Assembly: GCA_001724265.1 (NCBI GenBank)
Contig: MEDY01000079.1
Location: 62,001-126,000 of the forward strand
Length of the DNA stretch: 64,000 nucleotides
Source of the DNA: Rhizaria sp. SCN 62-66
Lineage: Eukaryota
Direction: 5' to 3'
The notes beneath the pieces are model-generated. The model was not told where the DNA came from. It searched no databases and saw only the letters and a program-made list of their open reading frames with translations. A program made the position numbers and the translations under genes. This document shows positions 12,301 to 23,811 of the stretch, in pieces (the stretch's first letter is position 1; each line of letters starts with the position of its first letter).

Positions 12301-14947
12301 CACTCGCGTGATGTTGCGGCAGCGACTGCGGCTGCTGACGGTGCCGCGGCCAGCCCCGCTGCCAGTGCTGCGGCGAGTCCGCGGTGGCACCGGGATCCAG
12401 CGTCAGCGACTGCGCCAACGCCTGCTGGTGATGCTGCTGCTGCTGCTGCTGGCCCACATGCGTGAGTGCGGGTGCGGACGCAGGCACGATGGCGAGCGTG
12501 GTTGCCGCCCAGTCTGCGTCGCGGCGGCCCGTGCGCCGGCGCCCGTGCAGCGCCTCGGCGTACGGCCGCAGCATCGCGGGCACGGCGGCGACGTGCGCGA
12601 GCGCTGACGGCGGGAGACCTGCCGCAGCGGCCACAGCAACGGCAGCTTGGGGCGTGAGCTCGCCGCCGGGCGCGACAATCAGGATCGTCGGCGCGCCGTC
12701 GCGGCCAGCGTTGTGCGTCAGCCGCAACGGTTGCTCTGTGTCACCGTACCCGTCGTAAGGCTCGTCCAGCGCAGCCACGTTGTCGCCGTCGTCGTCGCCG
12801 TCGTTGCTGCCGACGTTCAGCCCCGTGGCCCGCCCCGGTGCAAGCTGCACCGCGCGCGCAGGCCCGCGTGCGTAGAGGTCCTCACGCAGCGCGTGCGGCG
12901 CGCGCGCGGCCTGCGCGGCGAGCGGGACGAACCCGCGCTAGCCCGCGCGCGCGCCGGCGCCGCCCACGGCTGCGTTGCTGCCAGGTGGCGCCCAAGCCAC
13001 AGGAACGTCGTCCGCCGCGTTCAGCGCGGGCGCGAACGGCGGCGGCAGCGGCGGCGCGCCGCCAGGGAAGCCGTGTTGCATCTGAGGAGGATGGTGTTGC
13101 ACGCGCAGCTGCTGCTGCTGTTGCCACTGCTGCTGCTGCTGCGGGCGTTGTTGCTGCCACGGTGGCGACTGCGGCCACTGGCGCGGCGGCGAGCCCGGCC
13201 AACCGCCGGTCCCGGCGTCGCCACCAAACATCCCGTTCTGATGTCCATTATAAGGCCCGCTGTAAGGCGCATTGTGAGGTGCGCCATATGGAGCGCCGTA
13301 GGAGGCATGAGGCTCTGCGACGGCGCCGGGCCAAGCTGCGGCGCGGAGATGCTGCTGCCGCTGGTGCTCATGCCACAGCCGCTGCTGCTCCTGCTGGCGG
13401 CGCTGATGCTCGCGTTGCTGCTCCTGCTGGCGCTCCTGCTGCAGCTGCTGCTGCGCGCGCTCGCGCTCCTGCCGCGCGCGCTCGAGCTCCTGTGCCAGCG
13501 TTTGCTGTTGCTGTTGCTGTTCGCGCTCACGCTCTTCTCGTTCCGCGCGTTCGTGCTCGTCGCGCTGGGCTTGCTGCTGAGCCTGCTGCTGCGCTTGCCG
13601 CTGCGCCTGCTGCTGCAGCGCGGCCGCCACGGCGTCCTGCACCAGTGCCTGCAGCGCGCGCGGGGACGGCTCGCTGTCGCCGCTGCCGTTGCCGTTGCCG
13701 TTGCTGCTGTGGCGCAGGCGCGAGCCGCTGCGGCCGCGGCTGCTGCGGCGGCGCCGGCGGTGCGCGCGGCCCCAGGCGCTGGCGGCGTCGCTGCCCGCGG
13801 CCTCGTCGTCGCTGGTGCTGCCGCCGTAGCCGTCGCTGCTGTCGTTGCGCGGTGACCGCGGCGTCCGCATCGGTCCTTGCTGTTGCTGCTGTTGCTGTTG
13901 CTGTTGATGGGGCCACTGTGGCTGCCGAGACGGAGACTGGTGGGCGTGCGGGTGCGGCTGCTGCGGCGGCGGGAAAAAAGGCCACGTCCCGAGCGGCGCA
14001 TGTTGCTGTGCCAGCGGCGGCGGCGGCTGCGCGTGCGCAAACGGCGGCCCCATTCCGGGCGGCCACCCCACGCCCCACGCGACCTCCTCCCGCGACGGTC
14101 CCGCGGCGGCCGCGGACGCGGGTCGGGGCTGCTTCTGCGCGGCGCCGGCAACCGGCGCGGGGGCGCGGATGATCGTGCCCGCCAGAGACACGCCGACGAC
14201 CTTGCGCCGCGTGGGCGCCGCCGCGCCAGACACGGGTGTTGCGCTAGTTGAGCTGGTCGTGGCGGCGGCGGTCGCGGGACGGCTGGGCCCGGCGTACGGT
14301 CCCAGCGAGAGGTCCGCGGCAGCGGGGCGGAAGGGCTCGCGCGGCGCGCGCGCGGGCTGCGAAAAGGTCGCGCGCGGCGACCCCGCGGCGGAGCCCGCCA
14401 CGAAGGGCGGCTTGACATTCTTGCCCCGGCCTTTGCCCTGCGCCCCGTGGGTCGCGTGGGTCGCCGCGGATGCGGGGCGGCGCGGAGAGCTCCCCGCGCG
14501 CGCTTGCGGATGCGCGTACGACGGTGTGTGTGCGGGCGAGTGCGTGAATGAAGGTGAGCGGTCAGCGGCCGGTTGTGTGGCGGCAGCAGCGGCGGCGGCA
14601 GCAGGCGCGGGGGCGTACTGCGGCCACATTTGGAGCGGAAACGGCATGGGCGGGTACCCATACGATGGCGGCACAAAGAACGGCATGTACGGCGGCATGG
14701 GCGCCGAGTGCGGCGCGCCATGCGGCGGCACGGGGTGAGTGCCTGAGACAGGGCCAGAGCCGGCAGCGGGAGCACTGTCTGCCGGCGGGGCGGAGCCAGG
14801 GCGCAGGTGGGCCAGCCACGCCGCAAAGTCGGGCGGCGCGTGGCCATTAAACGCGGCCCCATTGCTGGCGGAGTCCGTCGGGTTTGAGGGCGGCAACGCG
14901 GGGCGCGCTGCCGGTGGCTCCGGTCCAAAGCCGTTAGTTGCTGACAT
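9302..14947 (-). CDS. Large low-complexity protein (~1880 aa) with Pro/Gln-rich N-terminus, coiled coils, Ala-Lys repeats and three C-terminal B-box zinc fingers; in-frame TAG at 12940-12938
   Basis: ORFs 12938..14956 and 9302..12850 are in frame, separated by TAG plus 29 sense codons; three CxxC..CxxC..C..C..H..H units (e.g. CTFCEEADATLYCAQCKDYFCPMCDTEMH); ends TAA. Confidence 0.7.
10215..10510 (-). repeat. Coding tandem repeat, ~18-nt units encoding AAA(D/E)AK
   Basis: About a dozen or more AAADAK/AAAEAK-type units in translation; degenerate at nucleotide level. Confidence 0.75.
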
Positions 14948-15872
14948 CGATGTCAAGTGGTGCGTTTACAGTGTCTAACAGTCGCCTGTTAGAAAGAATT
15001 GAAACAAATTATGAATGATACGCATGTTAGTTTCATTGCACAGTGTGGCAGTCTTGTTGCTATGCTGTGGCAAGCATATCAGGAGTGCGGTTTCTTATTA
15101 TTCCAGTGAGAGCTTCGGGAGGGCTAGCAGCAACCTATCAGAGACACCCACGCCATGAGATTACCATTTGAGAAAAAAACGATAATAAAATCACAGTAAA
15201 CATTACAAGAAATACATCCACATTGACCCGGCACTCTGTTGACGGTCCCCCTGCATCACAGGCAGTAGATTTCAAAACATGATAACCGCCGCCTATGGTT
15301 TTGCAGTCTCCGAGCCACCAGTCAACATTTGAAAATATCAGTCCAGTAGGAGAGTCAACCGAAGCATTTCATCAAAGGGAATGAGAAAAATAGTATGTTT
15401 GATGTGTAAATATATCAAATTAAGTGTATAATGTCTATGAAACTCGTGTTGCCGTCCGACATTTCGGACGATCTAAATTTGAGCGCATGCGCCCGCTGCC
15501 GCCTTTCGACCGAGCGGCAGCGCCACGCGCCACATCCCCATCCTCCCTTCCAGTCACAGCTGCACCCGCAGCGCGGGGCCGCAAACTCATCCCTCGCGCC
15601 TGCAGACGCAGATCAGTCCAGGGCCGCGAGAGAGCGGCGAGACAGCAGCAGCAGCAGCAGCAGCAGCAGTACAGCACAGCATCGCACTTCAAGTTGGCCT
15701 CGTCTGCTGGTCGCCCCTGCGCTGTCCCACGGCGCACCGCGTCATCATAGCTGAAGTGTAACGCAGCGCCGTGTGTGAGCGCGCAACGCTGTGGGTTGTG
15801 ATGTTTTCGTACTGTTGTGTTGGTTTGTACTGTTTTGTTATGTTTGCATGTTGCGTTTGCCTATCTAGTCGC

Positions 15873-16867
15873 TTAATCGGCGCGCGCCTTGAGCTCGCGC
15901 GTGGTAACACCCTCGGGTGTGATGACGTGCACGACGCCGCCCCAGCCGGCGAGCGAGTCGCGGTCCATGGCGGCGAGCAGCACCTGCGAGAGCGTCTCGA
16001 ACAGGTCCTCGGGTGCCATGTCAGGACGGAACATGGCCTCGCAAACGCCGTGCAGCTGGTCACTCGTCGTGCCAGCGACCATGAAGTTGTCCGTGTACAC
16101 CGGCGCGCCCAGCAGGTCCATGCCGCACAGGAACGGGCGATACTCGGTCGTGGGGGCCGCGCCCGCGGCGGCGGCGGGCACGGCGACCTCCTCGAGGCCC
16201 GCAACGACGGGCTCCATGAAATAGGGCCCGAAGCGGCGCTCGTACAACAGCGACGACACCATGTTGGCAAAAACGCGCACCTTCATCGGGCGGCCCTCGC
16301 GCAGCTCGTACATGTTCTGGCGGAATTTGAACTTGTTGATGAGCGTCTGCACGTCCGACACGAGGCCAGTCATGCCGATCATGGCAGTGTCAGAGACCTG
16401 GTAGATCTTCTTCATGTCCATCGCGACCGTCTGGTGCTGCACGCCGAAGCGCGTGTCGCTCGCAATCGCCACGCAGTTCTTCCCAACCATGGCGACCATG
16501 GCCGCGCCGTTGTACTCCATAATACTCTGTGTGGCGTGAAAGAGGGGGCGAAATTGGGGTGAGAGATGTACGTTGGGGAGAGGGCAAGGTTCACAAGAGT
16601 ATCCCTGGTGGCATGAAGCCAATGTCACATGTGAAGATGGAACACTGATTTAAAAGGCAAGATACAAAGAATTTTCTAAAATAGCGCTTCCAGTTCACCC
16701 TAGAGTGATCTTGGGAACGATCGGCGCGTCTGATCATTTGGACCATAGATTGAGTTGGAGTCCCCGAACGGTTGTTGACCCAAGCCGATCTGAGGCTGAT
16801 CTTGATGTTGGAACAAATGTATCGCTGATGTCTAGGTGTAATTCGTTAAAATAAATTCACGTACCAT
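15873..16867 (-). CDS. PSMB3: Proteasome subunit beta type-3; coding part of exon 1 is ATG only (16867-16865), exon 2 16526-15873
   Basis: ATG|GTACGT donor and CAG acceptor give MSIMEYNGAAMVAMVGKNCVAIASD; SSLLYERRFGPYF; DRDSLAGWG; conserved C-terminus LKARAD then TAA. Confidence 0.93.
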
Positions 16868-17211
16868 CTTGTGATGCGATTCTACGGCTCTTTCGGCTGA
16901 TATCGACACCCTTTTTGTCCGAGCTCACTGGTCGAGACAGAGTTCATCGGCGAGTGCTTGCAGAGTCTTAAGCCGCGCTCACGGTCACAGCTCGATCGAA
17001 CTCGTTTGTGGTCGAGAGAAAACCACAATTGAGATATCTGTATTACCGACGTCAAATTCAGAGTTCGGCCCTGTTTCCATTAATAACACACTTGATACTA
17101 TTTTATATTTTTCTTATACCCGCTGTGGCATTCATTTTCTTTGCCAAACCTGTCCTGACATCTTCCCCTTTTCCTCACCACAAACCGCTCGCTGCCTGCC
17201 GCGCCCGCAGC

Positions 17212-18317
17212 ATGAGCGCCCCGGACACTGACGACTACGAGGTCAACGGGCTCAAGATCACGTCGAAGCCAAAGCGCTTCCGCGCGGGGCGCCGCAACAA
17301 CCTGGGTTTCGAGTTCGCGGCCGTGGACCCGTCGGAGCTGGCGCCCGTGATGTTGCCCGACGATTCCGACCTTGCCTTCCACGCGGCTGGGAACAACGAG
17401 GCCGCCGCGGGGGACGATGCCGCGGCTGCCGGCTCCAGCGCGGCCCGCCGCAGTGCTGCAGCCGCGGCCATGACTGCATCTGGGGCCGCTACCGCGCCCG
17501 ACGGCACCCCTCTGAAGCGCAACTTTGAGTGTACGGCCTCGCTCCTCTGTTCTCCTTACTCGTCTTAGTTTCTCTCGTCTCTTCTTCTATCTTGTGCTCA
17601 CCCACAACAGCTCACACCACGATTCCTCGTGTTGACATATATTTTGACTCTAGACCGCGACCATACTGCGGACATCCAGCTGCACGCGTGGGGCGCCGAC
17701 TTCCCCTCTGCGCTAGAGCACCTAGCTCTGTCTATGTTCGGCTACATGACCGACCTGGGCGGGGTCGCGCCGGATCCCGCGCACGCGCAGACCGTGTGCG
17801 TCGTTGCTGACGACCAGACGCAGCTTGTCTTCCGCTTTCTCGACGAGCTCCTCTACAAGTACGTCACTGAACAGCCTGTTGCATCATCAGATCATTTCTC
17901 TAATATCATCACGTTCCTTTGTAGCGTCTGCGCTTGCACACTGCTTGCGTTGTTTTGATACATTTTATGACGATCTTTTTATGTTTTCCCAAGTGTTTTC
18001 CTGATTGTGCTCACATCCTTATCGATCTAACTCTTTTTTGCTATTCATCTGTTGCTCGTTTTCGCGTGTGTTCGTGTGTGTTGCTTTGCTGTTTGGTTTT
18101 CAGCTTTCTGGAGGGCCCGCGCACGGTGTGCTGCGACGTATCGACGCTGTCGCTGCGGCGCGGCCCGCGCTGGGAGCTCCGCGCAGCGATCCAGGGCGAG
18201 CGCTTCGACGCGACGCGCCATAAGCGCGGCACGGAAGTCAAGGCCATCACTTACTCCGCTGCGGAGGTCGTCGAGACGCCCGACCGCTGCGACATTTACG
18301 TCATTGTCGACATCTGA
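17212..18317 (+). CDS. Archease (RtcB tRNA-ligase cofactor) with N-terminal extension; exons 17212-17530, 17654-17858, 18104-18317
   Basis: Spliced translation gives FEYRDHTADIQLHAWG, FLDELLY, GTEVKAITYS and terminal VIVDI; ends TGA. Confidence 0.9.
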
Positions 18318-18906
18318 GAGGACTCGCCGGAGCATCGCCAATTCGTGCCAATGGGCAGCCGTCGCACACACACGCACCAGCGGAAGAAGAACACAGGCCA
18401 AGCACAGGCCGCGTCGCAACACGTGGTTCGGGCGTAAAAAGCTTTATAGACTCAGAGTAATACACAAGTGGGCCATGATTTTTTCACCAATTCATCGTTT
18501 CTGTCATTTTGATGAACGTGTCTATAAAGACAGCCGATTTAAGCCGACAAATTCTTCCCCCACCACAAACGCATTTTGCACATGTTCGTGTGGTGAGCCA
18601 CCACAAAAGGCTTTAATGTGAAAGGCGTGAAGTTGTGAGATGAAATCTAGTCATTCACGCCTGAGTTATTAGCTTCGTTGTTGTGTGTTTGTGTAAATGT
18701 GTGTGCCTTGCGACTAATTGTAGATGCCATTTATATTATCTTATTTACACTTTGGAAATGAAAGAATAGACATGGAAGCGTTCTCGCACTAACAGCCTCT
18801 CACTTACACATGATTTGTACGATGTCCTTATGCTGATCGCCTGGAAAATCGTGATCTGAACGTGCTCTTGTACGGTTTTATTTGATGACGTTGGGCTTAG
18901 AGTCGT

Positions 18907-20122
18907 ATGAGCAGCAACTTCTTGGCCAATCAGATGAAGAAGCGCGCCGCTGCGGCTGCGATTGCGAAGGTGGCGAACGAGGGGAAGACGTATCTCGCAG
19001 AGGAGTAGCACTTCAAGAAAGTGCTGGCCGAGGTCGCCAGCAACATCCCCAATATGACTCATACGCGTGATCGTGATGGCAACGAGCACGCCGTCAAATG
19101 CCAGAGCATTATCCGTCGTCTGCTGTCTGAGATGGTTCCCTTTGCCAACGGCGAGGCCACATCTGAGGGCGTCTACCTCTGGCCCAGCGTTTAGTCTGTT
19201 GTACGTAAATATACCTCTTTGCGACTGCTGTTTCCCCTTCATATCTATTTTTTCTTTGAACAACAACGAACATGCTTTAAGGTGTAGTCTGTATACCTCT
19301 ATCTCCTCTAATTGCCCTTGTTCTGTCTGTTTGTTCATTTCACGCTTCGCAACAATAGATGCTGTGGCACGGCGCGATCTGCGGCCCCGCCGACTCGGTC
19401 TACGAGGGCGCTATCTTCAGCGTGGAGGTCTCCATTCCCAGCGACTTCCCGCTCGCGCCGCCGCGCCTCAAGTTTACCAACTTTGTGCCGATGCACCCCA
19501 ACATCTCGGCCGACTCTGTGTGTCTGAGCCTCTTCAACCACGACTGGTCACCCGCGTACACGCTCTTCTCTATGATGGTTGCCGTGCGCTCGCTCCTTAC
19601 GGACCTGAACTGGGTACGCACAGCACATGCAATGGACACGCGATGTACATGCAGCCGCACAGCACTCGCAATAGTAGCGGCTGCTGCAAACGTGATGCCA
19701 CTTGCCAGTTTGTCAACGTGAGTTGCACGTGACAACTAAGTCGGTCAATCGAAACCTATGTGCTCCTTCACATCTTAACGAAGTTGATCCTTGTGACTCA
19801 CGAATTAGGTCTTCTTATTTCTTGCTATTTTCCGCATCTTTGTCCATCACAGGATTCACCGCTGAACAGGGAGGCGTACTCGCTCTACTGCAAGGAGGGC
19901 CTCGACGTTTTCGAGGCGGAAGCGCGTCAGCACTCACAGCAAGTGCGCGCGCCGACGGCCGCCGCCACGGACGCGCCACCCGCGCTGCTGATGCGATACA
20001 TCGAGGCGCGCGACCAGCTGGAGGCCGCCAAGGTGCGCGCCGCAGTCGACAACGCTGCGCTGCCCGGCGACAAGACGCCAGAAGTCGCTGACGCGTTGAT
20101 GAAGCGCGCGAACAACAAGTGA
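18907..20122 (+). CDS. Ubiquitin-conjugating enzyme E2 family; exons 18907-19200, 19359-19613, 19853-20122; two in-frame TAGs in exon 1
   Basis: IIRRLLSE helix 1, WHGAICGPADSVYEGAIF, FPLAPP, HPNISADSVCL (catalytic Cys), DSPLNREA; phase-0 GTACG..AG introns; ends TGA. Confidence 0.88.
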
Positions 20123-20486
20123 ACGAGCGAGTGCGAGTGCGAGCGCGAGTTGCAGCGAGCGCCAGGGTCGACATAGCCTTGCAAGCTGCCCAACTAACGC
20201 GACATAGACAGGTCCTGTTGCCTTCAACGTCGTTAACTTAGTAAGGCTTACGACACCAGTCAACATGTAGTTCGATAGACGTGGTGATATGAGCACGTCG
20301 TGTCAAACAAATAGATTACGTGTTTATTAACAACAAAAATAAAGCAATCACAACACTCAAAATAAGTAGGTCCCAAAATAGATCCGCATCACATACACAG
20401 TGAAAGGTCAGAATACGTCACTTGGCGGCCTGATTGTCGGACGCGGCGCGCCGTTATCTGCGCCGTATTGCCTGCATACACTGCGT

Positions 20487-21776
20487 TTACTGCTTCAGGT
20501 GGTCGCGCAGCTTGAGGAGGCGCTCGGCGGCCTGATCGAGCACAGCATCGTCCTGCGCAAAGGCAAAGCGGCACAGCGAGCGCGCGGCCTCACGGTTGGC
20601 CTCGCTGTAAAAGGGCGACGGTGGGATGCACGCCACGCCCAGCTCGGCCGTAAGCCAGCACGCAAAGGCCCAGTCGGCGCCCTCTGCGCGGTAGCGGTCG
20701 ACCCACTCCTGCGGCACGGCCACGCGTGAGGTGTCGGCCATGACGAAGAAGGAGCCCTCGGGCGCGATGGGCTCCAGCCCGGCGGCCGCGAGCGCCGTGC
20801 ACAGCTTCTCACGCTTGCGCGTGTATTCGCCGCGCAGGTACGCGTAGTATGACTCGGCGCCTTGGAACGGCCGCTCAGCCTCCTCCAGACAGCGCGAAAG
20901 GGCGACCTGCGCGGGCGTGTTGACCGAGAACGAGACCCAGGAGCCGACGATGCCGAGCGGCTGCGTCAGGTGCGCGGGCCCCACGGCCCATCCGACCTTC
21001 CACCCCGTGCACGAGAAGGTCTTGCCCGCCGAGGACACGGTGAGCGTGCGCTCCCACATGTCGGGCAGCGCGGCGAAAGAGCAGTGCGTGCGGCCGTCAA
21101 AGAGCAGGTGCTCGTACACCTCGTCCGAGAGCACCACGACGTCGGGGAAGTCGCGCACCACGGCCGCAATAGCCTCCTGCTCGGCGCGCGTGAAGACCTT
21201 GCCCGTCGGGTTGTGCGGCGTGTTAAAGACGAGCATGCGCGTGCGGGACGTGAAGGCCGCGCGGAAGGCGTCGATGTCGAACTCCCAACGGCGCTCCGCA
21301 GACAGCGCCAGCGGGACGGGGCGCACCGTCGCGCCACACATCTCGGCCTGCGCCGTGTAGATGTCGAACGTGGGCTCGAACGTGACGACTTCGTCGCCCG
21401 GGTTGAGGAAGGCCTGTGTGGCGTTGAAGATGACGCCCGTGGCGCCGTTGCACACCATGACCTCAGTCAGCGGGTCCACCGTGCGGTCTAGGTTCTTACC
21501 CACTTTCTTGGCCAGCGCCTCCACCAGCAACAGGTTGCCTGCCGCGCGCGCGTACTGATTCGCCATGTAGTTGAGGCCGTTCTCCTCACGAGCCACGCTC
21601 ACCAGCGCTTCCCGCACGAACTGCGGCGGCGAGAAGCCCGGGAAGCCCTGGCCCAGGTTCACTGCCTTGTGCTTAATCGCAAGGGGCGTCATGTGGTGCC
21701 ACACAGTCGGCTTAGTCAGTGAACTAATGCGCTGCGCGGGGTTGAACCCCAGAGCAAGCTTAGAGGCCACGGACAT
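20487..21776 (-). CDS. Kynurenine/glutamine aminotransferase-like class I PLP aminotransferase
   Basis: AVNLGQGFP, NTPHNPTGKVF, SDEVYE, SAGKTFSCTGWKVGW (PLP Lys), RFAFA; ends TAA. Confidence 0.9.
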   Translation of the reverse strand: MSVASKLALGFNPAQRISSLTKPTVWHHMTPLAIKHKAVNLGQGFPGFSPPQFVREALVSVAREENGLNYMANQYARAAGNLLLVEALAKKVGKNLDRTVDPLTEVMVCNGATGVIFNATQAFLNPGDEVVTFEPTFDIYTAQAEMCGATVRPVPLALSAERRWEFDIDAFRAAFTSRTRMLVFNTPHNPTGKVFTRAEQEAIAAVVRDFPDVVVLSDEVYEHLLFDGRTHCSFAALPDMWERTLTVSSAGKTFSCTGWKVGWAVGPAHLTQPLGIVGSWVSFSVNTPAQVALSRCLEEAERPFQGAESYYAYLRGEYTRKREKLCTALAAAGLEPIAPEGSFFVMADTSRVAVPQEWVDRYRAEGADWAFACWLTAELGVACIPPSPFYSEANREAARSLCRFAFAQDDAVLDQAAERLLKLRDHLKQ

Positions 21777-22324
21777 CTGCCAGAAAAGAAAATGTTCAGT
21801 GTGGAGGGCCCCGTTAGCGTGGGTGCATTTCGACACAGATATAACAAGTATAATGAGTGTTTCCCTGGAATTCGTTTAGTAATCACGCAATTTACATTAG
21901 AAATCCATCAGTAGTATCAAATCAGAACAGAGCGACGATGTGATTATAGAGCTAAGTCGTTTTCAAATATGAGCGATGACACCATTCGATCATTGGCTCT
22001 GCGACCGTGGCTGGTTGGTGGTACTAGCAGCGGTTCGCGCGCTGCACAGCTCGCCGCAACCTTCACAACCCCAGCCACCGCAGCCTCCGCCGCTGCCTCG
22101 TCGGTATCACCGTCGTCACAGATGACTTGAGTTTTGTCTCTCACAACACGGTACATCGCTGCTGCATAAAGCGCACGAGGCTATTCGTAGTCACATCTCC
22201 GCGAACCGCACCAACCAAAGTGGCACGTGCTCTAGCCTTCTTCTTCGCGGAGCTCTCGAACCTGCCACCGCTGTCGTGCGATTTGACTGTCTCTTCGCCA
22301 CTGATGGCGTTTCAGCGTGTTGTA

Positions 22325-22327
<3 letters not shown>

Positions 22328-22389
<62 letters not shown>
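22328..22389. repeat. (GT)31 microsatellite
   Basis: Perfect dinucleotide run read directly. Confidence 0.95.
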
Positions 22390-22390
<1 letters not shown>

Positions 22391-22477
22391 TCAGCGCGTG
22401 CCTTTACCACTGTGTCCAGCTCTGCAAACACCTAGTGTTCAGACGGCATAGCCGCGGCCGAGCCAGAACCCCGGCTC

Positions 22478-23014
22478 GTGTCGATCGCCAAAAAGTCTGT
22501 TGTTGCTGCTGAGGAGACTCTTAAGCTGAAGGAAAATGAGCACGAGTCCATGCAGAGGCGGGGACTCTCCAGTAAACATGTCGAGGCCGCAGTTACTGCG
22601 GCTGCGGCTGCACTTCACAGAGCTAATGCGGATGTCGTCAGCGCCGAGGCTGCGGCTGAGTTTAACTCGGTGCAGAAGCGGGCTGAAGACGTCAAGAAGC
22701 GTCGTCTGAATGGATTTCGAGGAAAACGTGTGTCTACCAGGATCACGAAGCTCAGGGCTTTGTCACACCTAAATGAGTCAAGACCCCTTAAAGATGCAGC
22801 AGGCATCGCCGCCTTTGTGGCGTTTGCGAAGACGATCAAGGCGTGGCCGCCAGTGGATCAGAGTTGTGATGCTGAGGAGAACCGCAAGCATATCACGGTC
22901 ATCCCGTTTCCCTAGGGTATCTAGCTTCCCTTTGGTGCCCACCCCCCACTACGCAATAATGTGATTTTATTCCTCTACGACATCGTCTCTCTGCGTAGCG
23001 ATGCATCCAAGTGA
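22478..23014 (+). other. Possible small coiled-coil-like ORF or gene fragment; extends to TGA 23012-23014 if TAGs at 22913 and 22922 are read
   Basis: Charged helical translation (AEETLKLKENEHESMQRR); no recognisable domain, start not defined. Confidence 0.25.
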
Positions 23015-23811
23015 CTGCTCTACAATTAACTACAGTAGTACTATGTGATTTTGATACACGTACAATTATCGAACCGTAGTGTTTCCATTTCGAGCAAGAA
23101 TATCTGTGTTACGCTCATATTAATACTAGTATCGCCGTTGGCTTTCGTTCCAAAGTGTGCCTCCCAGAGCCCAATAATCTTCAAACCATATTAATACATC
23201 AAAAAAAGCTAATTCATGTTGGGAGCCGATATAAGGTATACGGGGATCTACGCAGACTGTGTGTTCTGGAATCCCGGAAACTCGAACACGAACTGCACGC
23301 GCTGGTGTCATTGCCCAACAAAGTTACACATGTGGAGCCACAGACAAAGAAGAAAAGTAGTACTGTATTAAGCAGGTCATAGGGTCGCTTGGATGACGAC
23401 TAGCGAACAGCCACTTTGTAACGTGATATCTTCAAACAGTGATCGTTGATACAACATCAGGCTTCATTTTATTGTAGACCCATCGGTTTACAATAATTTA
23501 CTTTTATTAAGCCTTCCTAAGATCTCTCCATCTGCCTGGAGAGCGACTGCTGTTTTCCAACCACATCTGCGTCAGCAGACCGCCGTTCCATGCATATTCC
23601 CTTCATCTGTGCATGGCAATCGCGTTACTCTATGATTCTATCAATAGGTGATGATTGTTGCTCACCATATGTACCTGTTTTCTTTGGTCGAAGTCCTTAG
23701 CAGCTTTTCTACAACTCGTGCACCCCTGCGACAGTATCCGGGCTCCCTTCCCCTCTCTTGGTCGGTGTTGCAGTTTCACGAGCCGCTTCGTGACTTCCTT
23801 GTGCGCGCGTG

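Noticed and set aside
16527-16864. Possible snoRNA in the relatively long PSMB3 intron
   Set aside because: No convincing C/D or H/ACA box arrangement by eye.
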